Shown here: positions 56,670 to 64,000 of the stretch, piece by piece | Position numbering within the stretch: position 1 is the stretch's first letter | How the letters are laid out: each line of letters starts with the position of its first letter | IMG/VR virus record: IMGVR_UViG_3300032020_000002 | Direction: 5' to 3' (one strand) | DNA from: a virus | Length of the DNA: 64,000 nucleotides | Translations under genes and position numbers: made by a program | The notes under the pieces: generated by a model | The model's database searches: none | The model's input: only the letters and a program-made list of their open reading frames with translations | Told to the model about the DNA's origin: nothing

Positions 56670-57080
56670 GTGGCAAAGAAAAAACCTTATTTCATTCCAG
56701 AGCCTTTTGGTTTGCCGTTTGAACTTACGCAGGCTGGAGAATTCAGAAAACTCAATATTAAAGAATGGCAGGACATAAAAGACCTTGATGCTCAAATAAG
56801 AACTATCATACCACCAAAAAAGAAAGGTGAACAATGGGAAGTCAAGATAGGACTTCAAGAAAGTTTGGGCGAACAAGGTGGCGACACATTAACTCAATTC
56901 TATGATGAAAAACCAACACTCGCCGAAATAAGAAAAGACATTATTGATAGTTACAAAGAGAAGAAAAAGGAAATAAATGAACCAATGGCTATGGGAGTCA
57001 TAGCAAAATCAGGCAGAGATGAGATGATAGAGAAAGCAATTGACATAGTATTAAAGAAAAAGCTCAAGGAAGTGGTGTAA
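56670..57080 (+). CDS. array gene (GTG start); ends KLKEVV
   Basis: ORF track. Confidence 0.5.
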   Translation: MAKKKPYFIPEPFGLPFELTQAGEFRKLNIKEWQDIKDLDAQIRTIIPPKKKGEQWEVKIGLQESLGEQGGDTLTQFYDEKPTLAEIRKDIIDSYKEKKKEINEPMAMGVIAKSGRDEMIEKAIDIVLKKKLKEVV

Positions 57081-57271
57081 TGCCAACATTCAAAGTGTTC
57101 CTGAAAAAAGTCAATGTGATAGAACCAGTAGAAATAGGCGAATTTGAAGCCAAAAACGAAGAAAAAGCAATAGAAGGGGCATCATTTGAATTAGGTCTTC
57201 ACGAACAAAGGTATTTCAATATAGAAAATCTTATGCCCGAACTTGAAGCGAAGCTGAAGAAGGTGGTCTGA
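57080..57271 (+). CDS. array gene; ends KLKKVV
   Basis: ORF track. Confidence 0.55.
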   Translation: MPTFKVFLKKVNVIEPVEIGEFEAKNEEKAIEGASFELGLHEQRYFNIENLMPELEAKLKKVV

Positions 57272-57522
57272 TGGGACATTATACAATTACAACTTTAAAG
57301 ACAAAGGCAGAATGGGTTAAGCAGGCAAAGAAAGCCATCGGAGTCATGCTGTCTAAAGGTTACAAGAACATAAATGAATTCGCCGACAAAGACAAAGAAA
57401 ACTGCCAAAAGCTCGTTCAGGCTTGGGATGCCCTCGGAATGCCTGTAGAAAAGCAACTCATCAAAAGATGTGGAATCAGAAGGCATCTTGATGAAGAGAA
57501 ATTTGAGGAAGTGACGGGATGA
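57271..57522 (+). CDS. array gene; ends KFEEVTG
   Basis: ORF track. Confidence 0.55.
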   Translation: MGHYTITTLKTKAEWVKQAKKAIGVMLSKGYKNINEFADKDKENCQKLVQAWDALGMPVEKQLIKRCGIRRHLDEEKFEEVTG

Positions 57523-57743
57523 AATGCCAAAAATGCGAAATAAAATTCAATTGTCCATTCTGGTGCAATGAATTGGCAGAGGGAAGATTATCACTCAAAA
57601 TTCATAAAGGGAAACCGACAAAGGAAGATTATCTGGAAATACAGAAAATGATTAATGAAGGTTATCATACTGGAATAGACAGCCCTCATGGAATAAATTG
57701 GGAATTGAAGAGAGTGGAGAAGCTCAAGGAAGTGACGGCATGA
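57519..57743 (+). CDS. array gene (Cys-containing); ends KLKEVTA
   Basis: ORF track. Confidence 0.55.
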   Translation: MKCQKCEIKFNCPFWCNELAEGRLSLKIHKGKPTKEDYLEIQKMINEGYHTGIDSPHGINWELKRVEKLKEVTA

Positions 57744-57976
57744 AAGGATTATCAGCGATGATTGGCGAAGTCCCGCATGACATCAGGGAATTCGTCAGCA
57801 AGGAAGCGGATGAAACAAGGGCAGTCGCCAAAGTAGAGTGTGCGGACAAATCAGGATTATCATATGATTTATGCGAGGCAAAGCTGTTCATTGAATTGAA
57901 CCCAGAAATACTCGAAGCCATTCTCATCGGGAACTGGGCAGGGGTGCTTGAAAAATTCAAAAGGGTGACTGGTTAA
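57740..57976 (+). CDS. array gene; ends KFKRVTG
   Basis: ATG within track ORF 57698. Confidence 0.5.
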   Translation: MKGLSAMIGEVPHDIREFVSKEADETRAVAKVECADKSGLSYDLCEAKLFIELNPEILEAILIGNWAGVLEKFKRVTG

Positions 57977-58869
57977 TGGAAGAAAAAAACTGGATAATAC
58001 ACAACAGAACCTTCATTTTTGGTGGCGGGGAAGTTTGGCAACCAGACTGCAATAAAACAAGGACTGAAATACTTTCAGATTTTACTACCAAACCAGATGA
58101 ATTTTTGCCTAATGGTAAGTGTTTCGGAAGGTTAGTGGGGAAAGTTATGGGCGATGTATGCACACCATTGCTACAAGAAGGAGTGGCATTCGTTGAAAGC
58201 ATACCAGAAAACATGAAAATAGGTTTGGGTCATGGTGGAATGCTTGGCGGTTTAGACAAAGAAATGACTTGGATACCCGTTGATGAGCAAAAATGCAAGG
58301 AAGCACAAAAATTGGATGAAAAAAGAAAGGAATTGGAGTCGTGGGAGTTGTCAAAGAAGATACCCGATGTCTATTTTGCGCCAAGCACTTTACAGGAAGC
58401 AGAAGAATGTAAAAAATACAAGGAAAACATTGAAAAGATTGACAAGCCCATTCTGGATGCCATAAGGAAATGCTTTCTTTTGGAAGATGGCAAATTTATC
58501 AATAAATCACCATCCGCAATTTCAGCAAAAATAACAACTGAATGCGACCTTGCGCCATTCCGAATTTCGGACAATATAACGGAACTTGTGGAAAGGGGAA
58601 TAACCAATCCAGAAACAGTAAAAAGCGAGCTTAAAAACTGGGGTAAAACCATGAGGGACATCAAAAAGGTTTACCACAATACTGAAACGCCATTTATCAT
58701 TGAAACGAAAGACGGGCAAAGATTTCTTGTTGCTCCCCGTGTCGGTCAAAAATCCGATGATTGTTATAGCGTGGAAAGCCACATAAAATATGAATTGAGA
58801 AAAAAAGCAGAAGCCATAAACAACCAGATTGAAGAGTTGGCGAGCAAAAGGCTTGAAAAGGTTTATTAA
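57976..58869 (+). CDS. last array gene (297 aa); ends RLEKVY
   Basis: ORF track. Confidence 0.55.
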   Translation: MEEKNWIIHNRTFIFGGGEVWQPDCNKTRTEILSDFTTKPDEFLPNGKCFGRLVGKVMGDVCTPLLQEGVAFVESIPENMKIGLGHGGMLGGLDKEMTWIPVDEQKCKEAQKLDEKRKELESWELSKKIPDVYFAPSTLQEAEECKKYKENIEKIDKPILDAIRKCFLLEDGKFINKSPSAISAKITTECDLAPFRISDNITELVERGITNPETVKSELKNWGKTMRDIKKVYHNTETPFIIETKDGQRFLVAPRVGQKSDDCYSVESHIKYELRKKAEAINNQIEELASKRLEKVY

Positions 58870-58890
58870 TCATATGATTATAGTGATAGT

Positions 58891-59085
58891 ATGACAGGTG
58901 AACTCGGTGTATGGGGAGGACTTCTTGGCACGGTATTAGGGGCAGGATTAGTCCTTATAGCTATGGATGTCCTTTTCAACAAAACGACTGGCAAATACTA
59001 CCAGAAGTCAACTGGCAAGGAAATCAGCAAGGAAGAAGCTGAACAGAAGATGAAAAGTCAAGAGAAACTCACGCACATATTTTGA
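58891..59085 (+). CDS. small membrane protein
   Basis: N-terminal TM. Confidence 0.45.
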   Translation: MTGELGVWGGLLGTVLGAGLVLIAMDVLFNKTTGKYYQKSTGKEISKEEAEQKMKSQEKLTHIF

Positions 59086-59272
59086 TGCATTTTCTCATTT
59101 CATCTATCCTGTCCAGAACTTTTTCCATGTTGTCGTCATCAAGAGAGTTGAACCATTCTACGAATTCTTTGACTCTTGACGCTATCGCCAAATCCTTTTC
59201 GCTATCTTTTTTAGACATATTACCCTCCTTATTTATCATATGATAATTATTGGGAGGCATCAAAGCAGGCAA
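59069..59272 (-). CDS. hypothetical small protein
   Basis: ORF track. Confidence 0.4.
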   Translation of the reverse strand: MPALMPPNNYHMINKEGNMSKKDSEKDLAIASRVKEFVEWFNSLDDDNMEKVLDRIDEMRKCIKICA

Positions 59273-59321
59273 AGTGAAGACGGATTCCCTTTACTTCAAC
59301 CCACTCGAACCTTTTCCCAAT

Positions 59322-61436
59322 TTACACCTTCTTCAACACATTCGGTGTCGGGTTGAAAAGTATCCCCATGCCTTTCAACTGATTCACCCTTTGCTCCGCA
59401 TTGCTTACTCCTATGAATTTCAATTTATTAATAAGGTCATTTTCAAGTATCTCCCCGCCGTTCTCGCCCAGTTTTTCAATCATATTGAGTATTTCCTCGT
59501 TTTGGCTCTTCTTTTCGGGCTTTTTCAGTATATTCACTGCTTCCGTCAGCGTGATGCCCACCTTGCCAGCAACCGTTCTGACATCATTAACGAGTATTTT
59601 TACCATAAGCCCAGAGCTATGCTTTTTCCTTTCCTTGATAAGACCGAGCCTTTTCAATGCCCGACTTACCCATCTTTGGTTAAGCCACCTCTCATCATCT
59701 GGATTCCCCTCCTTTAATTTCTGCGTTATATCCTTTACCCTGTAGTAGTTATCTTCGTTCACAGTCTGAAGCAAAAGCTCAATCAGCAAGCTGTCCAGCG
59801 TTTCAGTCAGGTCTTCTTCCCTTCTTGTTTTTTCGTGCCTCACTGCATTAATGAATATCCTTAACAGGACTTCTTCACTGACAAGTGATGCAATCGTAAA
59901 AATCGGTCTCCACAACTCGAAACCCCTGCCTTTTATGAGACCATCAATAACATCCTTCAGTTCAATCTCCACTCCCCTTTCTATCTTGCCTGCTCCCTTC
60001 CATAAAGTTGCCTGTTTTTCTTCCCTTTCTTCGATTACGACCTTCTCATTAAGCTCTTCCTCAATAAAACCCCTGTTTTTAGCGTAAAAACCATCCATAA
60101 ATTCAATTATGTTCTCATTGCGGTCATTCACACCGTTGGCATAGAACATCAAATTTAGGTATAATTTATCACGAATTTCCTGCCATTTAGGATTACGCTC
60201 ATCAACTTCTTTATTCATTTTAACTTTATCCTTCCCCCTCGTTAAAATTATGACGATACAACGGTCTTCGAGAACATCTTCTATTCCAGAGATATTGGCT
60301 AACATTCGGGGAGAGTAGCAACAGTATGACGGTATCCCATAGGTTTTCATACCAGTTTGCCCCTTCTTTTCTTCGACTCTTGGAACTTCCGAGCCTTTTT
60401 TATAGCCAGCCAGCAACAAAGCCCTCAAGTCTCCCTCATCCTTCTTGTTTATTTTCTCCATTTCGTCTATCAGAAGCGTGGCTTTAGTCCCGTCAACCAG
60501 CCTGAAAAGGGATGCGGGTGTCATTGTAAGGGCGTTAAAGGCGTTAAATGCCATACAACCAGTAAGCATCAGAGCCTTACTTTTTCCCGACCTTTTGATA
60601 GCATTGAGAAATAACATCGGGAAGCTGGCAAATATCTCATGGAAATATGTTCCCATGCACCACACGGTCATAAGGTCATAATGCCAATCTTCAGTAAATT
60701 CCATGTATTCATCATACTGCCTTTTCACATCATCGAAAACTGCCTGAAAATTGACATCTTTGGGGTTAGCCATGTTCTCAAGGAACTTCCTCATCGAGTT
60801 CAAAGACCACCTGTTGTTGATTATCATAGGCATATTCTTTAGCCTCACACCATCGCATTTCATGTCCGTCATCGCCTTCTTGTCTATGGTTATCATTCCC
60901 CTTCTCAATTCGTTGCTGTATATTATGCACGGAATGTCAAAAGTCGCTGTTTGCTTAATTCCAGCCTTGTCAGAAGTCGCCACACTGATAGGCATCTTTT
61001 GTGTCAGAAAAACAGTCCCGTCAATATAGGAAAGTGCGGGGTTTATAACAGGTTCATCATCCGTGAATTGTGGTTCAATATTATCGAGGTTTGTTTTAAT
61101 GGTTATTTTCTGCGGGGTTTTAGCCTTGTAATTTATTCCCAATTCCTTTATCTTTTCTGCCAGCTTATCATCATACGGCTTGAATACACTCTCATCGCAA
61201 TTCTGTAAAATATGTTCTCCATATCCGTTAATTGAAACCACGCTGAAATCGCTTTCGACTATCCACAGGCAACCATCATTCTTATCGCCCAAACCCCAAA
61301 AGCCGACATTAAGGATAACCTTTAGAACATCCTCGGTCACATCAGAACGCCCAAGCACCTTTTTGAATTCTACTTCTCCACCCAATATTTTCAGTATTTT
61401 AAGCGTCTTGTAGAACGGGCTGTTCAGTTCGGACAT
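59322..61436 (-). CDS. putative replication protein with central P-loop NTPase (D5/SF3-helicase-like)
   Basis: Walker A IKRSGKSKA, Walker B TLLIDEME; 704 aa. Confidence 0.5.
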   Translation of the reverse strand: MSELNSPFYKTLKILKILGGEVEFKKVLGRSDVTEDVLKVILNVGFWGLGDKNDGCLWIVESDFSVVSINGYGEHILQNCDESVFKPYDDKLAEKIKELGINYKAKTPQKITIKTNLDNIEPQFTDDEPVINPALSYIDGTVFLTQKMPISVATSDKAGIKQTATFDIPCIIYSNELRRGMITIDKKAMTDMKCDGVRLKNMPMIINNRWSLNSMRKFLENMANPKDVNFQAVFDDVKRQYDEYMEFTEDWHYDLMTVWCMGTYFHEIFASFPMLFLNAIKRSGKSKALMLTGCMAFNAFNALTMTPASLFRLVDGTKATLLIDEMEKINKKDEGDLRALLLAGYKKGSEVPRVEEKKGQTGMKTYGIPSYCCYSPRMLANISGIEDVLEDRCIVIILTRGKDKVKMNKEVDERNPKWQEIRDKLYLNLMFYANGVNDRNENIIEFMDGFYAKNRGFIEEELNEKVVIEEREEKQATLWKGAGKIERGVEIELKDVIDGLIKGRGFELWRPIFTIASLVSEEVLLRIFINAVRHEKTRREEDLTETLDSLLIELLLQTVNEDNYYRVKDITQKLKEGNPDDERWLNQRWVSRALKRLGLIKERKKHSSGLMVKILVNDVRTVAGKVGITLTEAVNILKKPEKKSQNEEILNMIEKLGENGGEILENDLINKLKFIGVSNAEQRVNQLKGMGILFNPTPNVLKKV

Positions 61437-61629
61437 CCATTTCCTCCCTTTCCTTCTTTATTATTTCTTCCCTATTAGCGAGGTAATCCTTCGTGAAGTA
61501 GTGCAGAACGCCCCAATCAACACTTTTTGGGCAAAACAAATCAACTTTAACTGAACCTATTTGCTCGTTACATTCAACCAACACCGAACCACAAATAGGG
61601 CAATTGGACATACTTCTGATTTGGTTCAA
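61399..61629 (-). CDS. small zinc-ribbon protein
   Basis: CPICGS...CPKS. Confidence 0.45.
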   Translation of the reverse strand: MNQIRSMSNCPICGSVLVECNEQIGSVKVDLFCPKSVDWGVLHYFTKDYLANREEIIKKEREEMDVRTEQPVLQDA

Positions 61630-61839
61630 CCCTTTATAAAAATGTGTGTGTTCAAAACACAGAATTTTTTACCGCCTTTTCAATAGTGAAATTCCTTATC
61701 GGCATATTTGATTCATTTGTTATCACATGATAATTAGGGGAGCTTGATAACGATTTCAAGAAAGTGATTTTTTGTTAGGTAACGAAAACTGAAGAAACCA
61801 TTAATAAATAACTTCAGCGTTTTAATCATGTGATAATTA

Positions 61840-62037
61840 TCACTTTTCAGCAGGCAATCTGGTTTCCTTCCACTTTTGCAGAAGGGGAACAAAGTCCTCA
61901 AATTTTATTATGGCGAATTTGCTGTTTTTATAATTAAATTCAATCCAGCCGTAATCTTCAAGAATATTTTTCACCCTGTCAGGTATGCAGACAAACTTCT
62001 TTCCTTTGGTTTCCAAAATATAAGGTTCACTTTTCAT
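61840..62037 (-). CDS. hypothetical small protein
   Basis: ORF track. Confidence 0.4.
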   Translation of the reverse strand: MKSEPYILETKGKKFVCIPDRVKNILEDYGWIEFNYKNSKFAIIKFEDFVPLLQKWKETRLPAEK

Positions 62038-62296
62038 TTTTTATTCCCTTCCATTTTGAGTTCGCATAAGGATTTATAACCTCCGTCTTACAGTTGATTT
62101 TAGTAACCATATTGCAGTTGCCATCATAAACCATCTGTTCCAAATTCTCTTTAAGAAATTCCTCAAGAGTTTTCTTGTTATCGCCTGTTCCCCAAAAATT
62201 GTCCGTTAGCACATTATCCAGCAAGACAAACAGCTTATCATTCTTCCTTGTGAACTGCACTTCCTCGCTGGCAAGAACGATTACTATGTTGCTCAT
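62027..62296 (-). CDS. hypothetical small protein
   Basis: ORF track. Confidence 0.4.
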   Translation of the reverse strand: MSNIVIVLASEEVQFTRKNDKLFVLLDNVLTDNFWGTGDNKKTLEEFLKENLEQMVYDGNCNMVTKINCKTEVINPYANSKWKGIKNEK

Positions 62297-62392
62297 CTTC
62301 TTTTACCCCGTATGTTTTCAGGAAATCCCGTATTTTATGTTTCATGTGATTAACACCGAATCAGATGGGCTTCAGAAGCACCCGTCTAAAAA

Positions 62393-62704
62393 TCATGTGT
62401 TAACTATCTTTTTAAGTTCCTTCGTAATCGCCTTTTCGTCAAACCCGACAATCATCTTTCCGTTTATACTGATTTGAGGCAGAAGAATACTACCATTAGT
62501 TTCAACGAGATTTTGCTCTACTTCGGGCTTCTCGTCTATGCTTACTTCTTCAAAATCAACCCACAGACTTTTAAGAAAATACTTCACTTTACTGCAAAAT
62601 GGGCAATACTTTGAAGTGTAAACAACAATACTGTTTTTTCTATCCATATCTTTTCCTTCGGTAAGGTCGGGTGGGAAGGAAATGACCGTAACCCAACCAC
62701 CCAA
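62393..62704 (-). CDS. glutaredoxin/NrdH-like thiol-disulfide oxidoreductase
   Basis: VYTSKYCPFCSKVKYFL active-site CPFC in thioredoxin-fold context. Confidence 0.65.
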   Translation of the reverse strand: MGGWVTVISFPPDLTEGKDMDRKNSIVVYTSKYCPFCSKVKYFLKSLWVDFEEVSIDEKPEVEQNLVETNGSILLPQISINGKMIVGFDEKAITKELKKIVNT

Positions 62705-62732
62705 ACCTACCTTTATGGGAAAATGGTCAGAT

Positions 62733-63212
62733 TTACCTTTCTTTCAGCAGGTCGAACAGAAGTCCAGCGAGCATTTTCGTTCTCACTTTTTCATTCATCA
62801 GTTGTTCTTTCAGGCTGGCATTTTCCATTTTTATTTTCTGCGTTTCTGCGAATTTGTCGCTTCTAACCACTTTGTCCCTGTTTTCGAGTTCCCCTTTCAG
62901 GGTGTTTATTTCCGTGTTCAGCATATCTATAACCTTTTCGTTCCTTTTTTCAACCATTTCTTCATTTCCTGCATAGTTATAGAAGCTGTGTTTCGTGTCT
63001 GAATAGTGGCAACTTGTCTTTTCCAAAGTTTTGGTCGCATAGCCACTTTTTATCAGATATGTAAGCAAACTGCTCGTATCCTTTTCAGATACGCCATTCA
63101 GTTCTAATGCGACCTCATGGACACATACAGGTTTGCCTCTTTTCAGTATTTCACGGATTTTTCCCGCAACAGAGTTTTCTTTTATGTGATTGTTCATGTA
63201 TTTTACCTCCAT
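62733..63212 (-). CDS. winged-helix DNA-binding protein with C-terminal coiled coil
   Basis: N-terminal HTH-like segment. Confidence 0.5.
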   Translation of the reverse strand: MEVKYMNNHIKENSVAGKIREILKRGKPVCVHEVALELNGVSEKDTSSLLTYLIKSGYATKTLEKTSCHYSDTKHSFYNYAGNEEMVEKRNEKVIDMLNTEINTLKGELENRDKVVRSDKFAETQKIKMENASLKEQLMNEKVRTKMLAGLLFDLLKER

Positions 63213-63228
63213 AATTTATAATACTATT

Positions 63229-63996
63229 TTAGTAGTTAGACTTATAAATGTTACTATTTGGATAGTTTGCAAGCATTTCTGCCTTTATTCCATATTTTTC
63301 ATAAAGTTCTTTGCCATTAACTTCATTAAAACATTCTAAATGTTTGGCTATATCAACAGTTTGAACCTTAAATTTCCGTTTCTCAATCTCATTCCAAATA
63401 TTACTATTAGGCATCTCATAAACAATTATCCTTCTATTATTTTCATCAAATTTGCCGACAAAAACGCATTTCGCATGAATTTTTCCAGCTTCAGCACCCA
63501 TGCCATCAGAAGTAATGAAAGACACATTTTTGATTGTGTGTTTTATCCTTTTAGGCAGTAGTTCCTTCAAGGCTTTTCTTCTTTTTCCATTCGCCTTGTG
63601 TTCTATCTCTTTCCACCTTTCGGGATTTTTTGCTCTCCATTTCGCACAGCTTTTTTTCCACCCTTCCCTGAACCTTTCAGGATTTCTTTCTCTCCATCTT
63701 TTTTCTGAAATCTTGTGATAACAAATACGGCACAGACCTTTTGCATAATGGTATTTCTCCTTTCCACACTTTTCACAGATGATTATTTTACTGCTATAAC
63801 CAAGAGAATAATAACAATAATGGCACACGCCTTTGCCCTGCATTTGCCCCAATCTACCGCACTTATCACAAATTGACAATTTTTTAGTCCTGTCATAACA
63901 AGTTCTACAACGAGTATGGTTGCCTTTTATAAATAATTTCATATAGCGACCACATCTGCTACAAATTCCGAAATCAGGCAGTTTCTTTCTTCCCAC
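63229..63996 (-). CDS. multi-zinc-ribbon (8+ CxxC pairs) protein
   Basis: CSRCGR...CRTCYD...CDKCGR...CHYCYY...CEKCGK...CRICYH. Confidence 0.5.
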   Translation of the reverse strand: MGRKKLPDFGICSRCGRYMKLFIKGNHTRCRTCYDRTKKLSICDKCGRLGQMQGKGVCHYCYYSLGYSSKIIICEKCGKEKYHYAKGLCRICYHKISEKRWRERNPERFREGWKKSCAKWRAKNPERWKEIEHKANGKRRKALKELLPKRIKHTIKNVSFITSDGMGAEAGKIHAKCVFVGKFDENNRRIIVYEMPNSNIWNEIEKRKFKVQTVDIAKHLECFNEVNGKELYEKYGIKAEMLANYPNSNIYKSNY

Positions 63997-64000
63997 AATA

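Noticed and set aside
46634-58869. The 25-nt junction motif as CRISPR-like repeats with ORFs as spacers
   Set aside because: The intervening segments vary from 140 to 900 bp. They have clear coding periodicity with start codons fused to the motif. The motif itself encodes an SD plus stop plus ATG.
1-64000. rRNA genes or cas, restriction-modification or toxin-antitoxin defence systems
   Set aside because: No rRNA-like conserved stretches, Cas signature motifs, methyltransferase motifs or recognisable toxin-antitoxin pairs were seen.

Overview
This window is about 64 kb of AT-rich DNA (roughly 33-36% GC by eye) with archaeal-type features. These include BRE/TATA-like promoters ('AGTAACCTTTATAAAT') about 25 bp upstream of ATGs, strong Shine-Dalgarno-like GGAGGTG runs, and pervasive ATGA/TAAATG stop-start overlaps. 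There are at least three intron-containing tRNA genes, one of them a tRNA(CAU) with a 115-nt intron at the canonical 37/38 position, plus an intein and NUMOD3/HNH homing endonucleases. Gene content looks like a large virus, provirus or other mobile element of an archaeon, although a cellular genomic island cannot be excluded. It comprises many tiny zinc-ribbon proteins, an IS605-family TnpB element, an RNA ligase, a Gp37/Gp68-like protein, a homing-endonuclease insertion carrying a recoded duplicate of its target gene's 3' end, and an SF2 helicase interrupted by an HNH intein with a frameshift. It also contains a ParB-like nuclease, an SPFH protein, a glutaredoxin, a D5-like replication ATPase and a tandem pair of tiny hydrophobic (capsid-like) proteins. 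Four giant N-glycosylation-rich membrane-anchored surface proteins (about 850-890 aa each) sit together with a secreted metzincin protease. The most unusual feature is a 12-kb co-directional array (46.6-58.9 kb) of about 50 small genes of unrelated sequence. Each gene's stop overlaps the next ATG through a near-invariant junction, AAGCTCAAGGAAGTGGTGTAAATGGC, so almost every protein ends in ...KLKEVV-COOH. Synonymous variation in this tail indicates selection on the peptide as well as on the embedded ribosome-binding site. A recurrent palindrome, TTAATCA(T/C)(A/G)TGATTAA, marks block boundaries and forms a tandem array at 18.3-18.6 kb. A GC-rich block (18.7-20.0 kb) and a GC-rich island (45.45-46.1 kb; tRNA plus a candidate structured RNA) stand out compositionally.
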